The notes: generated from the sequence alone by a model not told the origin. Shown: positions 1 through 8,029, numbered from the stretch's first letter. The stretch: 18,315 bases of DNA from Candidatus Thorarchaeota archaeon (GCA_016839605.1 JAEOTX010000152.1:1-18315); one strand, 5' to 3'. A program made the numbers and translations.

Positions 1-66
1 AATCTGCTAATGTATTATTAGGAGAACATAGTAAGAGGATGCGGTAAACAAAGTAGGAGAGCAGCA

Positions 67-840
67 ATGCAGACGCTTACGTGGTTGGAACTTGTCAGTT
101 TGCTTGGTGTCGCTTCAGCTCTTTTAACCGCCGTTGGTTCAGGGCTGAAATGGTGGTTTGACCGCAGGACACGGAAAACCGCGGCATTCATGAAGACCTT
201 CGAGCGTTTTTCTGACCTGACCGCACAATTCTACATGCCAATGGCTGTGTTGGGCGGTCGTGTTGCCAGACTCTTCGCCCAACTAGACAAACCCAAGCCG
301 CCAGAGCGTAAATTCGCCTTCTTCATACTATCGAGGTTTCACGTGCGCGTCCTACTATACATGGTAGAAGGGGGAGGTTACCTGATGAGGGATTGGTTAG
401 ACGACCGTATACAAGGCAGGCTCTATCTGCGAGCTTGCAAGTTGATGCCTCTCTCTGATACCGATATCTCTGTGATGCAGCATGTTGCTGAGAAATGCGA
501 CAACTATCTCTTCTTCAAATACATCTTAGACGAGCCTTCTCCAACCACCAAGGCAGACGTGCAGCTACAAGAAATCTATCCAAGATTTGAGAAATGGGTG
601 CAGAAGGAGCCAGGAAAAGTCAAAGCAGTAGCACGAATCTTGCGCTGCTACAGCCAGAACATGCTCCTCATCATAAACAAGATGTATGGTAGCTGGTACC
701 GCCGACCAATCCTCACACGGACACCAACCCCAGTATCACACTCCTGCAGAGATGCTATCGGCAAACTCCGTAAACAAATCAAGGCAGAGCAACGAGAAAG
801 CGCGCGCAAAGGCGAAGAAATTCTAGAGGAAATCGAATAA
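67..840 (+). CDS. Hypothetical protein with N-terminal transmembrane segment
   Basis: 257-aa ORF with GGAG upstream of the ATG. Hydrophobic N-terminus (WLELVSLLGVASALLTAVGSGL) is followed by basic residues. No family recognised. Confidence 0.7.
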   Translation: MQTLTWLELVSLLGVASALLTAVGSGLKWWFDRRTRKTAAFMKTFERFSDLTAQFYMPMAVLGGRVARLFAQLDKPKPPERKFAFFILSRFHVRVLLYMVEGGGYLMRDWLDDRIQGRLYLRACKLMPLSDTDISVMQHVAEKCDNYLFFKYILDEPSPTTKADVQLQEIYPRFEKWVQKEPGKVKAVARILRCYSQNMLLIINKMYGSWYRRPILTRTPTPVSHSCRDAIGKLRKQIKAEQRESARKGEEILEEIE

Positions 841-849
841 CCCATTAGG

Positions 850-1932
850 CTAGGGGATTATCTCACAACCATTATTGTACTCGGGATAAGCAAAATCTTT
901 TACAGAAACTACGCCCTCATCAACTAGCCTTCGGACTACTGGAAGAGCATCTTTAAGGCACCCTATTAGGTGCTTGACGGTCCCACATACCTTGTTGAAG
1001 CCCTCCTGCCCCCAGAGGCGTTCCTTATTGACGAAAAGACAGCGCCCCCCACAAACACCATAGACATCACATGAGGGACAGGGCTCATCTACTCTCATAA
1101 TATCTCGGAGTTCACTTGGATCACTTGTCCTGATGTCACCGATGATGGAGAACCCCCAATCAGGAGAAATAGGGCAAACCCCAATGGAACCATCAGTATG
1201 AATCGCAAACGTGTCACAGCCTGAACCACAGCGAATCTGAGAAGTACAATCAGCTAGCAAGTCATGCATTAGTGGTAAAAATGGCACAATCCCCTCCACC
1301 GTACTTTGACGCATGTTTTCAATCCACTCCTCCACAAGTTTTGTAATTCCAGGGTTGTAGGATTCTGCCACCCACCGATCAAAGTCGACCCAGTTCCCCT
1401 CAGCGCTCCATATAGCATTCAGTTGCCAATGCACATGCTTGAAACTGGGGTCCACCAAGTCCAGTAGATGCCTAACATCCTGGTATATGTCACTCTGCTG
1501 GGACACTGCCATACGAGCGACAACATCTCCCTCGTACTCCTCTTTGTAGAGCCACCTGACATTCTCAAGGACCCAATTATAGACGCCTTGGCTCCTGTAT
1601 TCATCTGTCACAGAGCGGGGGCCATCAATGGAGACCAGAATCGAATGAAACATGTGTACATATTCTTCTGGAATCTGGTTGAGTAAAAGCCCGTTAGTCT
1701 GAAGCATGAACCTGGCTTGCGGGAAACGCTGCATCACCTCGACCATAAGCGGGATACGCAGAGTGGGCTCGCCGCCATAGAACATCAGCTGAACATCAGG
1801 GTCTGGCTCTAAAAAAGCCGCCAAATCATCAAGGGAATATTGGATCTCAGGGTTTGCTCCTGAATCTCTACCGCCGTGACAATAGACACAGTCAAGATTA
1901 CATCTTCGAGTGAGAATCAGGTGATAATTCAG
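850..1932 (-). CDS. Radical SAM/SPASM protein (AF0577/TIGR04084-like), probable CTG start
   Basis: The ORF track start at 1824 lacks the radical SAM motif. The frame stays open upstream and reads LNYHLILTRRCNLDCVYCHGG (CxxxCxxC). It also has FYGGEP, LQTNG and a C-terminal Cys cluster (CPSCDVYGVCGGRC, GCEIIP). SD-like AGGAGCTGA lies 7 nt before CTG at 1932. Confidence 0.88.
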   Translation of the reverse strand: MNYHLILTRRCNLDCVYCHGGRDSGANPEIQYSLDDLAAFLEPDPDVQLMFYGGEPTLRIPLMVEVMQRFPQARFMLQTNGLLLNQIPEEYVHMFHSILVSIDGPRSVTDEYRSQGVYNWVLENVRWLYKEEYEGDVVARMAVSQQSDIYQDVRHLLDLVDPSFKHVHWQLNAIWSAEGNWVDFDRWVAESYNPGITKLVEEWIENMRQSTVEGIVPFLPLMHDLLADCTSQIRCGSGCDTFAIHTDGSIGVCPISPDWGFSIIGDIRTSDPSELRDIMRVDEPCPSCDVYGVCGGRCLFVNKERLWGQEGFNKVCGTVKHLIGCLKDALPVVRRLVDEGVVSVKDFAYPEYNNGCEIIP

Positions 1933-2026
1933 TGCAGACTCAGCTCCTGCTCAGAGAATCAATTACATCCAATAGGGCTGTCAGCTCCTAGAGAAAATAA
2001 AAACTATCCGAATCACACAGACTCGA

Positions 2027-2503
2027 TTAGCTGAGACGTATTACTAGCTGTGCTGTGCGTTCTCCGAGGTTACGACAGTCCTTGATCTCCTTCTCGTTTG
2101 GAGACTTGACTCCTGCCGCTCCATAATGCTTGAATTTAGCACGTCCCTGCACAATCATCCCATGCACTAAGAGCGCCTGCAGAATCGACAGAATCGTGGT
2201 CTCAGCACCCGTAGCAATCCCTCCACTAGAAGTAAAGGCAGCACCCACTTTCCCATCAAGCTTCCCATGCAGCTTCACGCTCTCGTCAAAGAGCTTCTTG
2301 ATTTTAGCCGACATAAGCCCGTAAAAGGTTGGAGAACCAACAATAAGCCCGTCAGCCTTGAGCAAATCATCTAGGGATGTTACATCAACATGCTTTACTT
2401 CGACATCGACACCAGTAACTTCTCTGGCACCCTCGGCAACAGCGTTCGCCATCTTTTCGGTATTCCCGGTTTCAGAATCATAAACAATGAGCAAAAGAGG
2501 CAT
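2027..2503 (-). CDS. Flavodoxin-fold NAD(P)H-dependent oxidoreductase (WrbA-like)
   Basis: FMN-binding motif YDSETGNTEKMA, plus GSPTFYG and GKVGAAFTSSG. Confidence 0.9.
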   Translation of the reverse strand: MPLLLIVYDSETGNTEKMANAVAEGAREVTGVDVEVKHVDVTSLDDLLKADGLIVGSPTFYGLMSAKIKKLFDESVKLHGKLDGKVGAAFTSSGGIATGAETTILSILQALLVHGMIVQGRAKFKHYGAAGVKSPNEKEIKDCRNLGERTAQLVIRLS

Positions 2504-2613
2504 TACAAATCAACCAATCCCCACTTGGAGACACCATCCATAAATGAATCCATTGAGGAAGCCAACAGTCAGCTGGAATCCACAAGATACTCAAAATGCC
2601 TAGTTACGGGCGT

Positions 2614-3039
2614 CTAAGCTGTCCCATCTAGTGGCGCAACCTTGGGCATACTTGCAACCTGCTTCTCCTTTCGGGGCCGTACAATCAACACAATTCCACT
2701 CGGTTCATCAGCCTCCCACTGAGGATAACTAGCACGCAGCGCGAAAGATTCCCCATGATCAGCAAGCTCCATTAACAGGTGCAGATCATCAGGACCAAGC
2801 TCCCCCACCTCAATCACAACCTCCCCCTCCTCACTAACCTCCATATTCTCACGAGCCCAACACACAAGCTCGAAGAGATCAGGTCCAACAGCCATAAAGA
2901 AGCCACACCCAAGCTCATCCAAGCACACATTCTCCTGCCAAATACGGATCCGCTCACACCAAGACATATCAGTCTCCCCCGGCAAATAATCCGGACGGTG
3001 AACCAGACCACGCAAAGTACGATCCCATAACAACGTCAT
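2614..3039 (-). CDS. Hypothetical acidic protein
   Basis: Open frame 2614-3087. The likelier start is ATG 3039, which has SD GAGGTG at 3049-3054. No family recognised. Confidence 0.55.
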   Translation of the reverse strand: MTLLWDRTLRGLVHRPDYLPGETDMSWCERIRIWQENVCLDELGCGFFMAVGPDLFELVCWARENMEVSEEGEVVIEVGELGPDDLHLLMELADHGESFALRASYPQWEADEPSGIVLIVRPRKEKQVASMPKVAPLDGTA

Positions 3040-3359
3040 ACACAAATACACCTCTCGCAAAGAAGCAAGCTCACAACCAGCTAGCATACAGCGGGTGGTG
3101 TACCTGTCCTCGTTGAGAAACTCTTGTTCAACTCCTTTTCACAGAACAGAAGAAAAACCCCCCCAAAATCCACGCAAAAAATAGCATCTCTAATCCATGC
3201 CAGTAAGAGTTCTTCAGACAAACCCTTGAAAAGTAGTAGACTTCTGATGAGTGGTAAATTATGTCTATGTCGACAAGGTCAATGAATTATACACAATTAC
3301 ATTTGGTAAGTGGTTACTAGTCTTGGAAAAGCAACCCGAGTAAGTGGGAAAGGCGCTCT

Positions 3360-3851
3360 TCAGAGTCTTGCGCTGGGAAGTAACCCAATCACCCATACTG
3401 GGACTTGAATCGCATGTCGAAAATGTGGTAAATACTGCTTCACTCGTTCAAACGATTGGCTTCCCTTCCACTTCTTAGGAAAGAATCTCTGTGTTGCCAC
3501 AATATGAACACCCACGTCAATTTTGTCAAGTCCCGAATAGGACAATATTTGGAATTTTAGTAAATCTATCCCAATAAACGAATGGTGCGAGAATGCCACC
3601 TCAACACCAACTCTGTTTTTGAGGAAATCTATTGTTAACCTCGGTCCTTCAGCTGTAGGAAATACCTTGTGCTGTGACTCCCACCCGTGCGCGACAAACG
3701 CCTTATCAAACGCCTCATTGAGATGTGGGCGGCTCATCTCAGCAGCCGGAACTTCAATACTCTGAATAATCGATTCTAGCTCTTGTCTCGTCACCAACTT
3801 CCCATTCAGTACCTCCTCTGCAAAACGGTACGAATACTTTTCGAAATGCAC
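3360..3851 (-). CDS. BglII/BstYI-family type II restriction endonuclease-like protein (PD-(D/E)xK fold)
   Basis: 163 aa. YSYRFAEEVL, F..HGWE, IDFLKNRVGVEVAF, DLLKF, IDVGVHI, SFERVKQYL and VPVWVIGL match the layout of this family as I recall it. Confidence 0.8.
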   Translation of the reverse strand: MHFEKYSYRFAEEVLNGKLVTRQELESIIQSIEVPAAEMSRPHLNEAFDKAFVAHGWESQHKVFPTAEGPRLTIDFLKNRVGVEVAFSHHSFIGIDLLKFQILSYSGLDKIDVGVHIVATQRFFPKKWKGSQSFERVKQYLPHFRHAIQVPVWVIGLLPSARL

Positions 3852-4017
3852 TACATCGCTTCCAAATAAACCAGAAGCCGGATAATTGGATTGTTCTGAC
3901 TTTCTCCGGCTAGAGCCTCTAGCGGAGGTGTCTACTGAAATACTAGAAAAGCCATTGTTGCCTAAACCGGAAACAAAAGTATATGGATCGCAACGTTAGA
4001 CCACAACAGGACACACA

Positions 4018-4308
4018 ATGGACTTCGCCGCGGTTGTCGCAGCCCTGAATTCCCCAACACGACGTCGCATCACACAAATCCTCAGCACCCACGCTCTCAC
4101 CGCCAAGGAAGTCTTTACAGCCCTTCAGCAATCCGTCGACATACAACTGACATGCCGAGAATCAGCCTATAAGGCACTAGAAAAACTAGTGGCTGCTGAA
4201 CTCGTCACCAAATTCTACGACAATAAGGGCAAGGCTATACGATACCAACTAACCCACTCCAAAATTCTCCTAGACCTCATTCAAAGCGAAGTTAATTTCA
4301 TAACATGA
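4018..4308 (+). CDS. ArsR-like winged helix-turn-helix regulator
   Basis: ALNSPTRRRITQIL, then YKALEKLVAAELV, then a wing ending IRYQL. Confidence 0.8.
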   Translation: MDFAAVVAALNSPTRRRITQILSTHALTAKEVFTALQQSVDIQLTCRESAYKALEKLVAAELVTKFYDNKGKAIRYQLTHSKILLDLIQSEVNFIT

Positions 4309-4364
4309 CAGAGCTGAATGATTCTTCTAAAGTCATTTTATATACTTAATGAGAGAGCTAGAAC

Positions 4365-4384
4365 TTGTAAAAGTCGTTTTACAA
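4365..4384. repeat. Perfect 8-bp inverted repeat TTGTAAAA-gtcg-TTTTACAA (possible terminator hairpin or operator)
   Basis: Seen directly, between the convergent ArsR-like gene and the 16S 3' trailer. Function is inferred. Confidence 0.45.
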
Positions 4385-4547
4385 ATCAAGTAGAAAGGAC
4401 ACTACAAGCCTACTTCTTGGATAAAGAAAAGTGGTCGTCCACCCGAAACATAATTCACACCACAGATACCTCATTGACGCCCCGCACCTTACCCGTTTGC
4501 CATGTTACCGAGAAGAACAAGGTAACAAATGCTTTCTTAGGAGGTGA

Positions 4548-4626
<79 letters not shown>

Positions 4627-4693
4627 TGCCGGGCCCGGATTCGACACCACCCAATCCGCCGGAGCAGAAAGGACAGCGGCTCATCCCGACCTA

Positions 4694-4746
<53 letters not shown>

Positions 4747-5139
4747 CTGGTGATGACAGGCGATTACTAGGCATTCCATGTTCACGACGGCGGGTTGCAG
4801 CCGTCGATCCCAACTGTGCCCCGGTTTGGGGGATTGGCTTCACCTCTCGGTGTTGCAGCCCATTGTCCGGGGCTTTGCAGCCCGCGTGTGGCCCGGGAGT
4901 TTCGGGGCATACTGACCTGCCGTGGCCCCCGCCTTCCTCAGCTTTATCAGCTGCGGTCCCGCTAGTGTGCCCGGCTACCCCGAAGGGTATCGCTGGCAAC
5001 TAGCGGTGGGGGTCTCGTTCGTTGCCTCACTTAAGAGGACAGCTCACGCCACGAACTGACGACGGCCATGCACCTCCTCTCAGCGCGTCAGGTAAAGTCA
5101 TCAGCTTGACCATCATACTGCTGTCGCCCCCGGTAAGTT

Positions 5140-5755
5140 CTCCAGGAGAGTAACACTAACGGATTTTCCAGAAGACTGTTTTTCCTTCTCTTCTCCTTTC
5201 AAGGAGTTTGGATTTGTAGAGTTGGCGGACGCCTTCTCTTACCGTGCTTGGTAGTAAGCGTAATGCGAGACAGATATCGTATATTGTCCAGAACTTGTCT
5301 GGTTCAGTGAGAAGCAGTGTACGTACTCTGTCTGCAGTCTTCTGTGTTCCTTTCCGATAACCACCAATGTTTCCAGACCGTTCAACGATCAGTCGGGCCC
5401 ATTGGTGTTTTCTGTCATCGGCAAAGGGTCCTGCTATTGTATAGATTTCACGGAAAGCAGATGTGGGTATGCGAAAGTATGGGTTGTTAGCTTTCCCCTT
5501 TCGCATGAGGTGTTCTGTGGTTGTCCATCCGTGTTGCTTGCACACTTGAAAGATAGCGTTGATTGAACTCTGGTTTGATATTGCCTGGACCAATGACGGT
5601 GAATCATCGGTCATGAAGGCAAATTCGAATTCGATTAACGGTATTAGGATTTTCGCTGCTAGCTGTTTGTCTGTGACGGCTTCCTCATAGACGCTTTGTT
5701 TCCTCATTCACATTGCTCTCCTGTGGACAAATCCGCTTTGCTTATGTTACCCTCT
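5140..5755 (-). mobile_element. 616-nt ORF-containing BHB intron in 16S rRNA at E. coli about 977/978
   Basis: It interrupts CAACGCCAGAA|AACTTACC. Central helix CCAG/CUGG, bulges AA|A and AG|A, and a 10-bp terminal stem GAGGGUAACA/UGUUACUCUC. Confidence 0.92.
5156..5707 (-). CDS. Intron-encoded protein: degenerate LAGLIDADG-like domain plus C-terminal winged HTH
   Basis: 183-aa ORF in the rRNA sense direction that fills the intron, with AGGAG upstream. LIPLIEFEF sits where a LAGLIDADG helix is expected. The C-terminus TIYDICLALRLLPSTVREGVRQLYKSKLLERRREGKTVFW is wHTH-like. The LAGLIDADG assignment is by eye. Confidence 0.7.
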   Translation of the reverse strand: MRKQSVYEEAVTDKQLAAKILIPLIEFEFAFMTDDSPSLVQAISNQSSINAIFQVCKQHGWTTTEHLMRKGKANNPYFRIPTSAFREIYTIAGPFADDRKHQWARLIVERSGNIGGYRKGTQKTADRVRTLLLTEPDKFWTIYDICLALRLLPSTVREGVRQLYKSKLLERRREGKTVFWKIR

Positions 5756-5792
5756 TTCTGGCGTTGAATCCAATTGAACCGCAGGCTTCACG

Positions 5793-5850
<58 letters not shown>

Positions 5851-7015
5851 AGCGGTCCGTTTATCGCTTTCGCTACAGCACCGCAGTGGCTCGTGGCCAA
5901 TGCAACACTTAACGGACATCGTTTACGCCCAGGACTACTCGGGTATCTAATCCGATTTGCTCCCCTGGGTTTCGTCCCTCACCGTCGGGCACGTTCTCGA
6001 CGACCGCCTTCGCCACTGGTGGTCCTCCGTAGATCATTAGATTTCACCCTTACCTACGGAATACCGTCGCCGTCTCCCGTCCCCAAGTAAGGCGGTATCC
6101 CTACCAGGCCGACCGTTGAGCGGCCGGATTTAAGCAGGGACCTACCAAACAGGCTACGAACGCTTTAAGCTCAATAATCATGGACACCACTCGAAGAGCT
6201 GGTTTTACCGCGGCGGCTGGCACCAGCCTTGCCCTCTCCTTTCTAGCGGTCCTCCTTACGGATCCGCCACAGATGAAGTTATCCCCCATCACTCGGCTTG
6301 GCCCACTCGCGCTTTCGCGCATTGGTGAGGTTTCGTAACTGCTGCACCCCGTGGGGCTAGGGCCCTTGTCTCAGTGCCCTTCTCCGGGCCACGACTTACA
6401 TCGCCCGTTCGGGTCATAACCTAAGTGGGCGATTACCCCACTTACAAGTATGATCCGGTGCCGCCCCGTCCTGCGGCGGGAAGCCCAACATACCTTGGGC
6501 ACCCATATTGGAGCAACATCATTTCCAGAACAATGCTCCTACGGTGGATTAACGCCAGTTTCCCGGCGGTGTCCACCTCCACAGGGTAGGTTAGCGACAC
6601 TACTGAGCCGTTCGCGACGGACTCGGATGCGAGCCCGTTCCACTTGCATGTCTTAACCCCAAGCCGATAGCAGTGTCCTCTAGCAGGATCAACTAGAGTT
6701 GATCACAATCATACACCTTAGCAAGGTAGACCTGAGTAGTAGAAGGTCTAATGTATGAACTTTTTAACACACATGAACTTAGCTTGATGAAGTACAGGCG
6801 TAACGGGGATAGTTGGTGAACTTACCCAATTAACCTGCACACTGCTGAGCATTTCTTAGACAAGAGGGGATTCCGGCACAGTCGCACCGGTCTATCTCAT
6901 GTCCGCATCTTATTCTCGCGCCTGGAAATCGCGGACCATCATCGCTTGGCATTCGCCGACAGCATCAGGTCTGACACCGTTAGGGCGCGAAGGCAACATC
7001 AATCCCGCGTCATCC

Positions 7016-7030
7016 GAATAAAAAGCTTTC
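7016..7030 (-). promoter_or_regulatory. Candidate BRE/TATA promoter for the 16S precursor
   Basis: Minus strand GAAAGCTTTTTATT resembles AAAGGTTTTAAG upstream of the tRNA. A structured leader begins about 30 nt downstream. Confidence 0.5.
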
Positions 7031-7210
7031 CAAGGGGCTCCTAGAACTTCAAATGAGCATTTAACAGAAGTAGTCCGGCTAAGAATCAGGGTGATGGAAG
7101 GGCGGGGTGGAGACCCCGCCTTTCATTTGCAGAGCCTGGAGGTAATGGCCGCTGCACGCAGTTGTCGAGCTTCTTCCATCATATTTGTGTATCAATCCTA
7201 CGAATCCTGA

Positions 7211-7217
7211 ATATAAA
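7211..7217 (-). promoter_or_regulatory. Candidate upstream TATA box (TTTATAT)
   Basis: Lies about 30 nt upstream of the structured element at 7092-7181. No clear BRE. Confidence 0.35.
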
Positions 7218-7399
7218 GGCAGGATGAACGATAACTCTGTATGATTCGTCTAGCAAGACTCTCCGCGGATAACTAGTTGAAATGCAGCATTTTTGCACTC
7301 AATGTGGAGCAATTAATCACCAATTCACTCAATTGTCATGGATGAATCATCCAATCACAATAAAGACGCAAGAGGAATGTCAAGGAAAGGCGTACATCA

Positions 7400-8029
7400 A
7401 TGCAGGCAGAAGCAATCGCATTAATCCGACTCGACCTGCTCTTTGAGAGCATTAGTGGCGTCATCGCTATGATAATTGCATTCTACGCCACAAAGGCATA
7501 CAATCTCACTGAGCAGAAGCGACTCTCTGACCTCTCTACAGGCTTCCTAGTCCTTTCAATAGGCATGTTCAGTCATGTCATTGGGACTTGGTACTTCTAT
7601 GTGAGACTCGGATTAGAGGTGCCGATTCCTGAGTTGGCAACAACAATGACAGTGGTTACTCTCACGTACCATTTTCTACAGATCATGGCATATTTGTTGT
7701 TTGTCCTGTCTACAAGAAGAGGTGGAAGGGTCAAACAACCCGAGATGGCTATGCTCATGGCATTACCCATTCTGATTGATGTAGATCTCGAACTGATCAC
7801 GATTTTCGTGATGTTGGTGGTTGTTTTGCAGGCTTTGCTGAATTATGCTTTGGTGAGGAGCCGATTCGCACTCTATGTGCTTGGGGGATTCTTCTTAATC
7901 TTCCTTAGCCACATTTTTCTCATAACAGCTGAAGAGAATGTCTTCAGATATCTTGTGAGTCAGGCATTGCAGCTCCTAGGCTTCTTGACACTCTTGCTCA
8001 TGGTGTATAAGGTAGGCCGAATGGAATGA
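7400..8029 (+). CDS. Polytopic membrane protein (about 6 TM helices), unknown function
   Basis: 209 aa with about six hydrophobic segments and an apparent internal repeat (LSTGFLVLSIGMFSH vs VLGGFFLIFLSH). Its stop overlaps the next start (ATGA). Confidence 0.8.
   Translation: MQAEAIALIRLDLLFESISGVIAMIIAFYATKAYNLTEQKRLSDLSTGFLVLSIGMFSHVIGTWYFYVRLGLEVPIPELATTMTVVTLTYHFLQIMAYLLFVLSTRRGGRVKQPEMAMLMALPILIDVDLELITIFVMLVVVLQALLNYALVRSRFALYVLGGFFLIFLSHIFLITAEENVFRYLVSQALQLLGFLTLLLMVYKVGRME

Noticed and set aside
5705-5713. In-frame ATG-TGA-ATG at the intron ORF start (selenocysteine readthrough or start-stop element)
   Set aside because: It would add only two residues and no SECIS is evident. It cannot be distinguished from chance.
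5140-5755. Group I or group II intron, or IS element, interpretation
   Set aside because: The ORF fills nearly all of the insert, leaving no room for a ribozyme core. No transposase is present, and BHB ends explain the boundaries.
6700-7200. 5S rRNA, SRP RNA or RNase P RNA upstream of the 16S
   Set aside because: Diagnostic motifs (SRP helix 8, RNase P P4 strands, 5S CCGAAC loop) were not found on either strand.
7282-7446. 54-aa ORF MQHFCTQCGAIN... with a zinc-ribbon-like FCxxCG
   Set aside because: It has only one CxxC, no SD, and overlaps the 7400 gene by 47 nt. It is probably incidental.
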